This document shows positions 19,746-29,475 of a DNA stretch of 57,282 nucleotides, in pieces. Position 1 is the stretch's first letter. Each line of letters begins with the position of its first letter. Source of the stretch: a virus. Taxonomy: Duplodnaviria > Caudoviricetes. The stretch is taken from positions 1 to 57,282 of IMG/VR virus record IMGVR_UViG_3300037780_000037; one strand, written 5' to 3'. A model generated the notes under the pieces. It made no database searches, was not told the DNA's origin, and was given only the letters and a program-made list of their open reading frames with translations. A program made the translations under genes and the position numbers.

Positions 19746-20300
19746 ATGATTCATCATTGGCTAAAAGAGGTGCGGGATTTACTCCGTGATTCGCTCACCG
19801 ATACAGAAGTAACCTCTCGGGACCGAAACATCCTGGTTATGCCTGATGGACAACCATCAGCTTCATGCGGTGACATGTTTATCGCAGTATACAGCGGCGG
19901 AGTTATCTCTACTCAGCAACTTGGGGGGCCTGCATATCTCGAATCCTATAGCGTGGTCTGTACCGTAACACAGAGGGTCCGCCATTCTCCTGAAGACCGC
20001 GACGGTGACGCTATCTTTCTCGGGGCTACCAAATCTCTGTCTAAGACCGCCAGTAAGGTGTCTAGCTTCGTTTCTAACAGCGATTCTCTGCTTCAGACAG
20101 TAATCACAGCGGTTCAGGCAGAGAATGCGTCAGCGGGCGTCCTAGAGCCTTTGTTCCTATCGAGCGTTTCTCCCCCCACACCAAGGTATAAAGACTGGTT
20201 CTATTCAGTTGATCCCTACGACGGCGATAGGCAACCGGCTGGATACTCCGTTGATGTGTCTTTTACGGGGGGTTCAGTAATGACAAAGGTGGACTGCTAA
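19746..20300 (+). CDS. Probable tail terminator protein
   Basis: Size and position between the neck and tail tube genes. Confidence 0.55.
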   Translation: MIHHWLKEVRDLLRDSLTDTEVTSRDRNILVMPDGQPSASCGDMFIAVYSGGVISTQQLGGPAYLESYSVVCTVTQRVRHSPEDRDGDAIFLGATKSLSKTASKVSSFVSNSDSLLQTVITAVQAENASAGVLEPLFLSSVSPPTPRYKDWFYSVDPYDGDRQPAGYSVDVSFTGGSVMTKVDC

Positions 20301-20329
20301 AAAATTTTTGAAAATTGGTTTTACCCCCA

Positions 20330-20358
20330 TTTACGCACCCTCGATTTGAAATTACACT
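20330..20358 (+). promoter_or_regulatory. Sigma70-like promoter
   Basis: TTTACG-N17-TACACT with an AT-rich upstream element. Confidence 0.5.
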
Positions 20359-20395
20359 GAGGTGGGCGGCGGGGGGAAAGGAAAGATATTAGTTT

Positions 20396-20580
20396 ACTAT
20401 AGTATACAGTAATTACAGTAAACTATTTAATTACTGTATTCTTCTATTTACAGTAATTACTTTATTAAAGTATCTACAGTACCTACAGGACTACTGGAAT
20501 TTATTCCATTACTGTACTTAGGTAATAAATTCCAACTATCCCAATGGTACATATAGTAGTTATTTACTTAATAGTACCGT
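20396..20580. repeat. AT-rich non-coding island with TACAGTA direct and inverted repeats
   Basis: TACAGTA at 20405, 20414, 20449 and 20475; TACTGTA at 20432 and 20510; inverted repeat GGAATTTATT (20496)/AATAAATTCC (20524). Confidence 0.85.
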
Positions 20581-20607
20581 TTTCTATACCCTGTAGGAGT
20601 CTTTAAC

Positions 20608-21054
20608 ATGAGTGCTGCGTTCGATTCAGAGCAACCTGACAACAGCGACCCACCTCTTTCCCAGGAAACCGTTTCGGCAGACGAAACAATACAACAAAAG
20701 GTTTCCATCATTGGAACGCTCCCATTGTTCTGCCGTACTTGTACGGATATTCGCTACACTAAAGATTTGACAACATGCCCAACATGCCAATCATCATCGG
20801 TTGTTAAATGTGCGGTGGTTCACTATGCCGAGACTTGTGAAGAAGGCGAGCATGATCCGCGATTCAAACCTGGAAGGTCTTCAACATTCAAAACAGGTTA
20901 TTTTCGCATCCCTTGCCAAACCTCACCATTCTCCAGCGTTAAACCAAAAAACTTATCACCAACACTTGATGCGGTTACATGCCCTCGTTGCTTAGATGCA
21001 ATTGGGGCTGAAATTAATGAATATGGCAGGTTGTTAGACCTACAGGAGTATTAA
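20608..21054 (+). CDS. Cys-rich zinc-finger protein
   Basis: CRTC, CPTC, H...C and VTCPRC motifs; AGGAG SD. Confidence 0.7.
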   Translation: MSAAFDSEQPDNSDPPLSQETVSADETIQQKVSIIGTLPLFCRTCTDIRYTKDLTTCPTCQSSSVVKCAVVHYAETCEEGEHDPRFKPGRSSTFKTGYFRIPCQTSPFSSVKPKNLSPTLDAVTCPRCLDAIGAEINEYGRLLDLQEY

Positions 21055-21057
21055 ACT

Positions 21058-21546
21058 ATGACGTTTGTAGCTGGTGCTTATAGTGCGGTTTACAATTCAC
21101 TTGACCTTGGACTGATTGAAGATGGTTTCACTTTGAATTACCGTCGAATGTCAGAGCGTATCCAAACAGATGTTACTGGGGACGCTTTACAAGACGGTGT
21201 TTATAGAGGTATGGAACTTACTTTAGATTTCATTTTAAGTGAATGGGATGCTGAAGGGGCTCAAGCAGCTTTCTGGCCTGTTGACGGAACTCTCGGCGAA
21301 CTTGGTACGCTAGGTCGTCTCGATACAGATATGGCCGAAGCGTTGGTACTTACTAGTTGCGGTGCTGCGTCCCCCACCACCATCACATTCCACCAAGCAT
21401 TGTTATCACCCAACTTTGACGTGCAACACCTATTTGCAAACAGGCATCGTAAGGTACCATTGCAAATGACTATTTACCCAATCGTTGCTAACTCAGGTTC
21501 TACGTTGGGTCAGTGTGTTGAAATGAAACTCTTTACGACAGCATAA
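21058..21546 (+). CDS. Major tail tube protein
   Basis: 162 aa; 'LG..EDG..L......I..D..G.....D' siphovirus tube pattern. Confidence 0.75.
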   Translation: MTFVAGAYSAVYNSLDLGLIEDGFTLNYRRMSERIQTDVTGDALQDGVYRGMELTLDFILSEWDAEGAQAAFWPVDGTLGELGTLGRLDTDMAEALVLTSCGAASPTTITFHQALLSPNFDVQHLFANRHRKVPLQMTIYPIVANSGSTLGQCVEMKLFTTA

Positions 21547-21548
21547 AA

Positions 21549-23924
21549 ATGCCTGATTATACTGTTTCCGGTTCTTTACCAGATGATCCTAATAGCAACC
21601 AACCTCCTAAGCGGACTCGGGCAGGCCAAGTTCCGTTAAAGGATTTGATTCGCGAACAGGTTGAAAACTTTGTAGGTGAAGACCGGAAACAGGCAGAGCA
21701 GTTAATCAAGGAAGTTCTCAACGATCTCTACCAAGAGAAACTAGTTGAGTATGAGGAAACCAAATCTTCTTTCCAGGAAGTGCTTGGGAACTTTGGAATT
21801 AAAGGTAGATCAATTGGTACCTTTAAGACCAATATGAAAAAGATTCTCGAAAAATCTGACACCGATAAGGTAAAGAAATTTGACGAGATGACTGAGTTCG
21901 CACGTAAGTATGCGGCTCAAATTCTACCAGAGGGTTCTGATGATGCTGAGGGATTAGCCAACGCATTAATTTCTAATTACCCACAGAGACCCAAAAAGCG
22001 TGACTTAGTAGGTGATGCTTTCAATCGTGCTATTGATATGGGTGCTTTTGGGGAGGACTATTTTGATTACTCAGTATTTAATCAAGAAAATCCTTCCCAA
22101 GAAGAAATAGCAGATTTACTTGCTTACAATACGGATCGTCGAAGACATGCAGAAATTAGGGATAAGATTCTAAACACTTCCTTCGATGATGATTACGATA
22201 AAGCAGAAGAACGGGGTGTTATGTCCGATGACCCCGATTCTTATGAACCAATCAATATTGATAATGAAAACACCGTTTCTGATCAATCAGACGAAGCTGC
22301 TGCTAGAACACCACCGCCTTCTTCCCAGGAAACTTCAGAAAGGTTGCCGTTAGATGATCTAGTACAGAATGAATTCTTCTCCCCAGAAGAAATGCAGGAA
22401 ATGCTTCGTGGTGCTAGAAGCGGCGGTAAAAAATCTGACGATTCTGATAGGATAGATAATCTTAGATTTTCAGCCGTTGAATCTATCGCCTCCCAATTAA
22501 TGTCTCGGGCGTTCGGTACCAGCTTCTATCCAGTTCTAACAGCTTTACGTACAGCACGCGAAGTTACTAAATTAGAAACTGATGAAGATGTTGGTATAGG
22601 AGATGTAATTCGCTTCACTACCGATTCAACAGGTAAATTATTAACAAGAGGTGCTGATGCTTTAGGATTAGGAAGTATTGGGGAAAGCATTAGTAAGATG
22701 CTCGGTTTTAGTGATGAATCATCCCTAGAACATACGGGAGCTATGCCTTTAGCAGATTTGCCATCAGATGATTTGTCCCGTGCTGCTCAGGACCTTAGTG
22801 GTGCTGCTTCATCTTTAGATGCTTCGTCAGATGTTTTAGATAGCCTTGCAGAGAATGGCGGTTTCGGTGGAGGTGGTGGTGATAATATAGACCCCAGTGG
22901 TTTCAATACGCCCGATGATGACGACCCTGAAAATGAAGATGAAATGTCACCGGCTGAAATTATTGCAGGTTTGGCAGGATTAGGTGCTATCGGTATTATC
23001 GCCGGTACAGTTGGTAAACATGTATTTAGCACCCTTAGTGATACGGTATCGGATCAAGTTAGATACACATCTCAATTAGCTTATAATTCGATGGCATCGC
23101 CAGGGAGTGTGTCTGGTGTTCAAATGGCTGGACAACCTTTTAAGGCTGCTGCGGGTGTAGCTAACGCTTTTTCGCCTATCGCTGGTGGTGTAGCGGGTGC
23201 AGCAATTGGTAAAGCTCTTGGCCCCGGTATAGGTAAAGTCGCTGGCGGTATTGCTGGTAAAACAGCAGCAGGAGGTGTGGGGCGTGCAGTGGGCGGAGCT
23301 ATTGGCTCATTTATACCTATTCCATTTGTGGGAACTTTAATAGGTATTGCTGCTGGAGGAGTCATAGGTGATATGATTTCCAGCACGGTCGGTGCATCGA
23401 TAGATATATTGAAGTCTATTGATGAAGGTATCCAAGAATTGTCGGTAACCTTAACACCTTTCAGTTCTGATTTAGTAGGTGCAACAGTTGAAGCTGACAT
23501 AGCTCGATTAGAAGCACAGATGAGACAAGCTGATCAACTAGGAGGGTTGTTGGCCGAGAATGTTAGGTCAAGAAGCGAGTTTGAATTAGCCGTAACAGAT
23601 TTGGGAACTCAAATAGCTTACGCTATGACTCCGATGATGACCCAATTATATGATTTACTAACACCACTAGTTTCTATAGCATCTACTAATGTGAGACAAG
23701 GTGTTGATATATTAAATGCTATTAATCAAATATCAGGAGTCTTTGGTATTAGTATTGGGAACACTCTTGATGATGTTACTAAGTTATTGAATTTAATTGC
23801 TGGTAACACTAAAGACGATGTTGCATTTATGCAAGAGCTTGATGATTTTCTCAACCCTCAAACCAACCCACTTGATCCAAAGATGCTTACTAACGTAGGT
23901 GCGTTCGGGGGCTTTACATTATGA
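21549..23924 (+). CDS. Tape measure-like protein
   Basis: Gly/Ala-rich hydrophobic repeats (GGAIGSFIPIPFVGTLIG) and a helical C-terminus; follows the tail tube gene. Confidence 0.65.
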   Translation: MPDYTVSGSLPDDPNSNQPPKRTRAGQVPLKDLIREQVENFVGEDRKQAEQLIKEVLNDLYQEKLVEYEETKSSFQEVLGNFGIKGRSIGTFKTNMKKILEKSDTDKVKKFDEMTEFARKYAAQILPEGSDDAEGLANALISNYPQRPKKRDLVGDAFNRAIDMGAFGEDYFDYSVFNQENPSQEEIADLLAYNTDRRRHAEIRDKILNTSFDDDYDKAEERGVMSDDPDSYEPINIDNENTVSDQSDEAAARTPPPSSQETSERLPLDDLVQNEFFSPEEMQEMLRGARSGGKKSDDSDRIDNLRFSAVESIASQLMSRAFGTSFYPVLTALRTAREVTKLETDEDVGIGDVIRFTTDSTGKLLTRGADALGLGSIGESISKMLGFSDESSLEHTGAMPLADLPSDDLSRAAQDLSGAASSLDASSDVLDSLAENGGFGGGGGDNIDPSGFNTPDDDDPENEDEMSPAEIIAGLAGLGAIGIIAGTVGKHVFSTLSDTVSDQVRYTSQLAYNSMASPGSVSGVQMAGQPFKAAAGVANAFSPIAGGVAGAAIGKALGPGIGKVAGGIAGKTAAGGVGRAVGGAIGSFIPIPFVGTLIGIAAGGVIGDMISSTVGASIDILKSIDEGIQELSVTLTPFSSDLVGATVEADIARLEAQMRQADQLGGLLAENVRSRSEFELAVTDLGTQIAYAMTPMMTQLYDLLTPLVSIASTNVRQGVDILNAINQISGVFGISIGNTLDDVTKLLNLIAGNTKDDVAFMQELDDFLNPQTNPLDPKMLTNVGAFGGFTL

Positions 23925-25780
23925 TTCCAGCATATGGGGCAGTATTTTATAACGAATACACATTTCCTGCTACTTACCAAATGAGTTTGCAGTCAGAACC
24001 TGTATACACCCCAAATACAGGAGTGCTAAAGTTTTACCAGCATACTCTGAACATTGAATTTATAATCAATAGTCCTGATTTAATATCTACTACTAACGCA
24101 GCGAACAGCGTTGATAGTGAGATGTTTTTGATAAAGCAGGCATTACAAGAACCTAGACGAGCTTTATCTTTTACTTACCAAGGTTCTGGTTTTACTACTG
24201 CTATTACATCAGGTACAGGAGGTGTTACGGATGACGTTAATGGTGGACCGCTACCTCAAATTAATTCCTGGGAGCCGTTAGCTACTAATGCCGCTGCGAG
24301 AGTAAAATGGTCCTGCGTATTTTTTACAACACACTGTATGACTTTCAGTGGTTCTCAGAGTAAATTCTTATCATACCATGACGAGCACACCTTTATGTTA
24401 AATGAAGATGGTACTGCTCGTATTCGTAGAAGTTTTGAAGCTGTAAAAAGACATGCGGCAGTAGGGGGTAACCCAAACAGTATCAACCATGTTGATAACA
24501 ACAGGCAAGAAATACTGTTTAACTTACCAACAGGTTTCCGCAGAATTAAACAAAGTTATACGGTATCAGCAGACGGAAGAACGCTGTCTGGAGAAGTTAT
24601 TGATGATGAAGAACCATCTAATAACACACCATTCCCTTACACAATTAAGGTAACTGGTGACCATACAATGGAATCTTCATTAATGCCTGATGGGAAGTTA
24701 AAAGGTTCTGGCTTCTTTTCGTGGGATAACACAGTCTCAGCGTCTATTCAGATTGCTCCAGGCTACCCACCAGCACTAGCTTGGGCTGTTTTTCAATGGA
24801 TTGTTTATCAGCGATACACAAGAGCTAATGGTTTAGCAGGTGCAATAACTCAAGATGAGAAACAGAGAACAAAAGTAGTAGAACCGAAAAATATCCTTAC
24901 GCGATTAAGGATAAAAGAATCTTTATACACTCGCGTACATACATTTGAGGCGTCTTACTTTGGAGTTTATAAACTAACTGACTTGTTACTTCAATCAGGT
25001 TTATTCACACCAGTTTATACTATAAAGGATAGTAACAATAGAACTCCTTGGGAAACTAATTACATCCCTAATCAATTAAATGAATGGGCTCGATGGAGAA
25101 CTACAGTAGCCGATAAGGTTCTAACACCTCTAGGTTATCGACAAGCTAGAATGGACCCGTCAAAAGGTTATATTGTTTTTGATACATGTTCAGGACCGTT
25201 TGCTTCTACGGATGTAGTAGCTGGTTCTCTACCGCAAGGTAGTACTGATGATGATGTTGATCCATTTTTTGATCCTGAAGAAAAAAGCTATTTGAAGTAC
25301 CAAAATGATTTCATAATTATCGAAGATACTCGTAACTATCCTATCGGTGTTCAAGATTATGACTCGTACATTAAATCCTATAAAGGTTCAGATAGTAGCG
25401 ATATCTCTAATGTCAATTCTGTTTTGCCCAACAAATTTGTTATGAGCAACAAAGGCACAAACACTGGTTTCCCTTCCGAAGACCGAGCGTTGCTAGGTGT
25501 TGGAGGAGGTAGTACTTTCAAACTCAGAATGCAGGGCTACAGTATTCGACAAAAATTCCCGACTCCCTCCCCCTCCATAGTTTCCTTTGGGGGAAGACCC
25601 GTTGAACGAATTGGTACTCCGGTGTACGCTACGAAACAACTGTCAGAAGGGACAGGTCCGTTGTTTGCTACCAAGTGGTTAATAGACTATTTAATACCGT
25701 TTGAAGTGGTGAGCGATATTCTTGGTTCGATAACGGGCAACCCCTTTATGTTAGATAGATTTGATTACCCATCCTCGTAG
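23921..25780 (+). CDS. Tail tip/distal tail protein
   Basis: 619 aa, beta-rich, immediately after the tape measure-like gene. Confidence 0.5.
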   Translation: MIPAYGAVFYNEYTFPATYQMSLQSEPVYTPNTGVLKFYQHTLNIEFIINSPDLISTTNAANSVDSEMFLIKQALQEPRRALSFTYQGSGFTTAITSGTGGVTDDVNGGPLPQINSWEPLATNAAARVKWSCVFFTTHCMTFSGSQSKFLSYHDEHTFMLNEDGTARIRRSFEAVKRHAAVGGNPNSINHVDNNRQEILFNLPTGFRRIKQSYTVSADGRTLSGEVIDDEEPSNNTPFPYTIKVTGDHTMESSLMPDGKLKGSGFFSWDNTVSASIQIAPGYPPALAWAVFQWIVYQRYTRANGLAGAITQDEKQRTKVVEPKNILTRLRIKESLYTRVHTFEASYFGVYKLTDLLLQSGLFTPVYTIKDSNNRTPWETNYIPNQLNEWARWRTTVADKVLTPLGYRQARMDPSKGYIVFDTCSGPFASTDVVAGSLPQGSTDDDVDPFFDPEEKSYLKYQNDFIIIEDTRNYPIGVQDYDSYIKSYKGSDSSDISNVNSVLPNKFVMSNKGTNTGFPSEDRALLGVGGGSTFKLRMQGYSIRQKFPTPSPSIVSFGGRPVERIGTPVYATKQLSEGTGPLFATKWLIDYLIPFEVVSDILGSITGNPFMLDRFDYPSS

Positions 25781-25788
25781 GTGATTGC

Positions 25789-26124
25789 ATGTCGGATTTT
25801 ATTGTTAATGAACTAGACGAGAGCTTGATCAACTTGAAAGACGGTAGCGGTAAGACTATCGGTTCTGTTGAAGCTGTAGACGTTATCGACTTCTGGGTAT
25901 CAGCCCGTCATGTAGCTACTGAGAACGGTAATAAAGATGATTGGTTTATGTATTTCCAAGGGGACTTTAAGAAAGCGACGGGTGTTACTTTAAGTAAGAC
26001 CAACGCTGTTATGCTTTATCGTCATGCCTGTGAAGTTGTTGAGTCATTAAAAAAAAGTGGCTTCGACGAATCAGAGCATTACGAACCCTCCGATACAGCC
26101 CCAACTTCTCCGAAAGAGACCTAA
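25789..26124 (+). CDS. Tail assembly chaperone (short form, gpG-like)
   Basis: Contains the slippery run TTAAAAAAAAG near its 3' end. Confidence 0.7.
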   Translation: MSDFIVNELDESLINLKDGSGKTIGSVEAVDVIDFWVSARHVATENGNKDDWFMYFQGDFKKATGVTLSKTNAVMLYRHACEVVESLKKSGFDESEHYEPSDTAPTSPKET

Positions 26125-26315
26125 AGGTTGTCCAGTTCCTTCAGACTGCGATTGATGCTGAAGATGAATTACGGGAACGTACCAAAGCGTCCCAATTAAC
26201 ACCTGATCGTTACAAACAATTGTTAGTGTTAATTGGGACTAATGAAAATGAAGCGGAAACAGCACGGGCTCGTATGGAACTAGATCAGCGGAGTAGAAAA
26301 TCATGGCGGAAGTAA
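25789..26315 (+). CDS. Tail assembly chaperone, -1 frameshifted long form (gpGT-like)
   Basis: The -1 frame after the A8 run (26049-26056) is open to TAA 26313-26315 and fills the gap before the portal gene. Confidence 0.7.
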
Positions 26316-27547
26316 CCCAACAAGAACTCGCACAGGTATTTACAGCGGATTATGAACCAACAGGGTTTATAAGAAACTACATGCCTGCTGCTCCGCATCA
26401 TCGCCCAGTATTTACTACTTGGGCTATTGAGCAAATGCTGCAAGACGCTCGTATTAATTTTGGTCTTGAGCTAATCAAAGGCCCAATACACGCATTCACC
26501 AAATTCTTTTCTGAAGAAGAATCTAATAATCCAGCCGTTCATAAGATGCTAGTCGAATCGGATATTCGATTCCCTTATGTTGTAAAATGCGAGAACAAAC
26601 AAGTAGGTGATTTCATCCTCAGCAGTCTGCGAAGATTCTGGCAAACAGGTGCAATAAAAGCACTCAACGCAATTGAATGGGGATTCTCTGGCAGTGAAGT
26701 AATGTATAAGAAGGGCAAGTCCGGTGATAAGGATGTTCTATTATATGATAACCTTAAAGATTTAGACCCCCGTGACCTTGCTTGCGTTACTCAACGAGGA
26801 GGCATTGTTGGGTTTGAATTAAATCCGATGAAAACCAATCCAGAGTACATAGGTATTCCGAAAGGGTTTTGGCACGTACATGCTAGGGAACGCAACCGCT
26901 ACTACGGACAATCCCGCCTTTTCGGAGCCTATGGACCCTGGTGGGAAATTTGGGGTGAAGGCGGAGCCCGTGACATTCGGAGGAACTGGTACTATCGAAA
27001 CGCCTTCGACGGTGGCGAGATGCGGTACCCGCTCGGTTACACCCAGCTACCAGACGGTACGAAGATCAGTAACCGCGACTTAGCTTTGGAAATGCTATCC
27101 AAGAAGCGGTCGGGGGGTTACATGGTTTTCCCAAATCAAGACCTAAATGGTAAACCTGCGTGGGAGTATATTCCCGCTGTAGCGTCAGTTGAGCCACAGG
27201 GCCTACAAAGCTATCTGGCGACACTTTCCGACGAGGAGCTAGAAGGACTCGGAATCCCGCCCGAAGTGATTCAGGGAGGGGCTGCGGGCCTTGGATCATC
27301 ATCTGGTCGAGAGATTCCAATGATCGCTTACTTTTCTACGCTACAAAAGGTTGTAGACTTCTTGATTCAGGATTTCTCAGCCCAAATACTGGACTTTATC
27401 ATCCCCCTCAACTTCCGAGAGTTGCCATTTTACGAGGTGGTACCAGTAATCCCGTATCGAGCCTACGAAGAAGAAATGAAAAAGCAAATAGGCGAGGACA
27501 AACCTTCTTCCCAGGAACCTACTCCGGCGAAGCCAGCTAAGGAATAA
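26303..27547 (+). CDS. Portal protein (Mu gp29/DUF935-like)
   Basis: M..DARI, AI.WGFS..E..Y, and YYGQSRL...Y.PW motifs. Confidence 0.85.
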   Translation: MAEVTQQELAQVFTADYEPTGFIRNYMPAAPHHRPVFTTWAIEQMLQDARINFGLELIKGPIHAFTKFFSEEESNNPAVHKMLVESDIRFPYVVKCENKQVGDFILSSLRRFWQTGAIKALNAIEWGFSGSEVMYKKGKSGDKDVLLYDNLKDLDPRDLACVTQRGGIVGFELNPMKTNPEYIGIPKGFWHVHARERNRYYGQSRLFGAYGPWWEIWGEGGARDIRRNWYYRNAFDGGEMRYPLGYTQLPDGTKISNRDLALEMLSKKRSGGYMVFPNQDLNGKPAWEYIPAVASVEPQGLQSYLATLSDEELEGLGIPPEVIQGGAAGLGSSSGREIPMIAYFSTLQKVVDFLIQDFSAQILDFIIPLNFRELPFYEVVPVIPYRAYEEEMKKQIGEDKPSSQEPTPAKPAKE

Positions 27548-27553
27548 ATTCCA

Positions 27554-28966
27554 GTGTTCCTAATCAATGGTACGTACAAATGCTTGGAACCGAACGACGT
27601 TATCAAGGCGTTGCAGAATGAAGGTCTGCCCACGCATCTCGTAGAAAAAGCTAACTCCTGGACCGTACATCACGGACCTGTGCCGAACACTGGTTACTTT
27701 TTAATTTCTCATTCAGACTTTCAAAACATTAAAAATGTAGAGTTACCTACTCTAACACTAACTATAAAAGACCGGAGTGGTAACACAGTAGAGTTTGAAA
27801 ATCTGACACTTACAGCAGCTACTAATGTTCTTGGTAAAGCAGATACTAAAGGCAGCATTATACTGATTAAGATTGAAGATTATCGTTGGTGGATGAAAAG
27901 AATCTACTGTGGTGATGTAAAAGCTAATTGGGTTGCGACAAACGACGATTTTAATAACAACTATTTACAAGTTGATACTACTAATTCAGGATCGTTCTAT
28001 ACAGTAGCACAAATCTTGTCATCAATATTAAGTACGTTTAGGTCCGATGCTAACCATACTTCATTTAATAACGCTACATATGGTTCCGCAGCAACGTATA
28101 GCGATACGTTAAATAATATAGACTTTTCAGGTATGACAGTGCTGGATGCACTCAACACGTTATGCGAGACTTGTAGACTAAACTATATTATTAAACCGAA
28201 TGGACAAGTTTATTTTAATACTGGGTTTGCTACATGGCCTACATATGATACTGAGTTTATTAACAGTATTGAGTTGGGGTCGCCACTACCATCTACTATA
28301 ACAGCCGTAGCTCAAGATCGAGAATATGAACTATTTGATGACCGATGCAGCAATATTAGGCCACAAACAACATATAACTATGATCATACTGTATCGTCGG
28401 GAACAATTAACAGTACGTACCTTATTAGAGCACCCTACATAGTACAATCTGATTCTTTAAGTAACACAACAGTAGTTAATGGTGTTCTAGCAACTATAGC
28501 AGCAAGATATGTGGATATTCTTAAAGCTCGGCCAAGAATATCCTACTGCCAAGATTATGTAAACTTTCATGACAGCATCAATTTTGGATTAGATGAAGTA
28601 GTCTATTTCAATAAAGGTGCTGGTATGATATCTATGGCTGTAGGGAAAGAGTTAGAGCAATACAAATTAAACTATACTGACCCACCGTTTCCCGTTTATC
28701 ACGCAGACCCACATGGAATATTTCTTTACAGATTTACTCTCAAGCAGGAATGGTTCAACAACATTGCATTAAGTGATATATTTCGACACGATGGAACTGA
28801 TACAGGTTATGATGAGTCAGTAAGAGACCCATTCAGTATCTTTGAAGATTTGAGTGTAGGCGATTCTGGTTGGTGTATTGAAGTATGCGGATTCTATTAC
28901 GCTATACAAGCACCTTGTTATGACCCATCTGATCCAGCACCTGATCCTGATCCACCACCTGATTGA
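27554..28966 (+). CDS. Tail tip/baseplate hub-like protein
   Basis: I.I.DYRW, 'G.TVLDAL..LC' hub-like pattern; Pro/Asp-rich tail. Confidence 0.55.
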   Translation: MFLINGTYKCLEPNDVIKALQNEGLPTHLVEKANSWTVHHGPVPNTGYFLISHSDFQNIKNVELPTLTLTIKDRSGNTVEFENLTLTAATNVLGKADTKGSIILIKIEDYRWWMKRIYCGDVKANWVATNDDFNNNYLQVDTTNSGSFYTVAQILSSILSTFRSDANHTSFNNATYGSAATYSDTLNNIDFSGMTVLDALNTLCETCRLNYIIKPNGQVYFNTGFATWPTYDTEFINSIELGSPLPSTITAVAQDREYELFDDRCSNIRPQTTYNYDHTVSSGTINSTYLIRAPYIVQSDSLSNTTVVNGVLATIAARYVDILKARPRISYCQDYVNFHDSINFGLDEVVYFNKGAGMISMAVGKELEQYKLNYTDPPFPVYHADPHGIFLYRFTLKQEWFNNIALSDIFRHDGTDTGYDESVRDPFSIFEDLSVGDSGWCIEVCGFYYAIQAPCYDPSDPAPDPDPPPD

Positions 28967-29475
28967 TAATGCCGAGAAGACATGGACCTAGCGGAGAGTG
29001 TGGGTGTTGTGTAACTCCTTCGAGTAGCAGCAGTAGCTCATCGTCTAGTTCGAGCAGTTCGAGTTCATCATCATCCAGTTCATCATCATCATCATCATCA
29101 TCATCCAGTTCTAGCAGTAGTAGTTCTAGTTCAAGCAGTTCATCAAGTTCGAGCAGTAGCAGTTCATCTAGCTCTAGTTCAAGCAGTTCATCATCGAGTG
29201 TGCCTAGCTCAAGCAGTAGCTCAAGTTCATCATCTAGTGGTTCAGATGTTCCAGTAGTAACAGACTGCATTGATGGTTTAACTTGTGTTTATGAATGGGA
29301 TGGAACATCGTGGGCCATTGTCACACCTTCAGATAGAGTTTGTGCAGTAAAGAATGTAGGAGGCGTAGAAGAAATCTGTTTATGCCCTCCAGCATTTGGT
29401 CTATCGCCAGGATCGTTTGAAGGTGAACAAACTACAGAATCTTGTACTGAAGATGGTGGAGGAGGTCCGTTATGA
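28963..29475 (+). CDS. Poly-serine, Cys-containing protein (putative glycosylated virion appendage)
   Basis: CGCC, then 60 Ser, VP, 11 Ser, then a Cys-rich C-terminal domain. The start could be 28969. Confidence 0.8.
   Translation: MIMPRRHGPSGECGCCVTPSSSSSSSSSSSSSSSSSSSSSSSSSSSSSSSSSSSSSSSSSSSSSSSSSSSSSSSSSSSSVPSSSSSSSSSSSGSDVPVVTDCIDGLTCVYEWDGTSWAIVTPSDRVCAVKNVGGVEEICLCPPAFGLSPGSFEGEQTTESCTEDGGGGPL

Noticed and set aside
20396-20580. Possible CRISPR or mini-array
   Set aside because: The repeats are only 7-11 bp, occur in both orientations, and have no regular spacers.
28902-29270. Minus-strand Leu/Glu/Asp-rich ORF
   Set aside because: It is the antisense shadow of the poly-Ser codons, has no SD, and opposes the operon.
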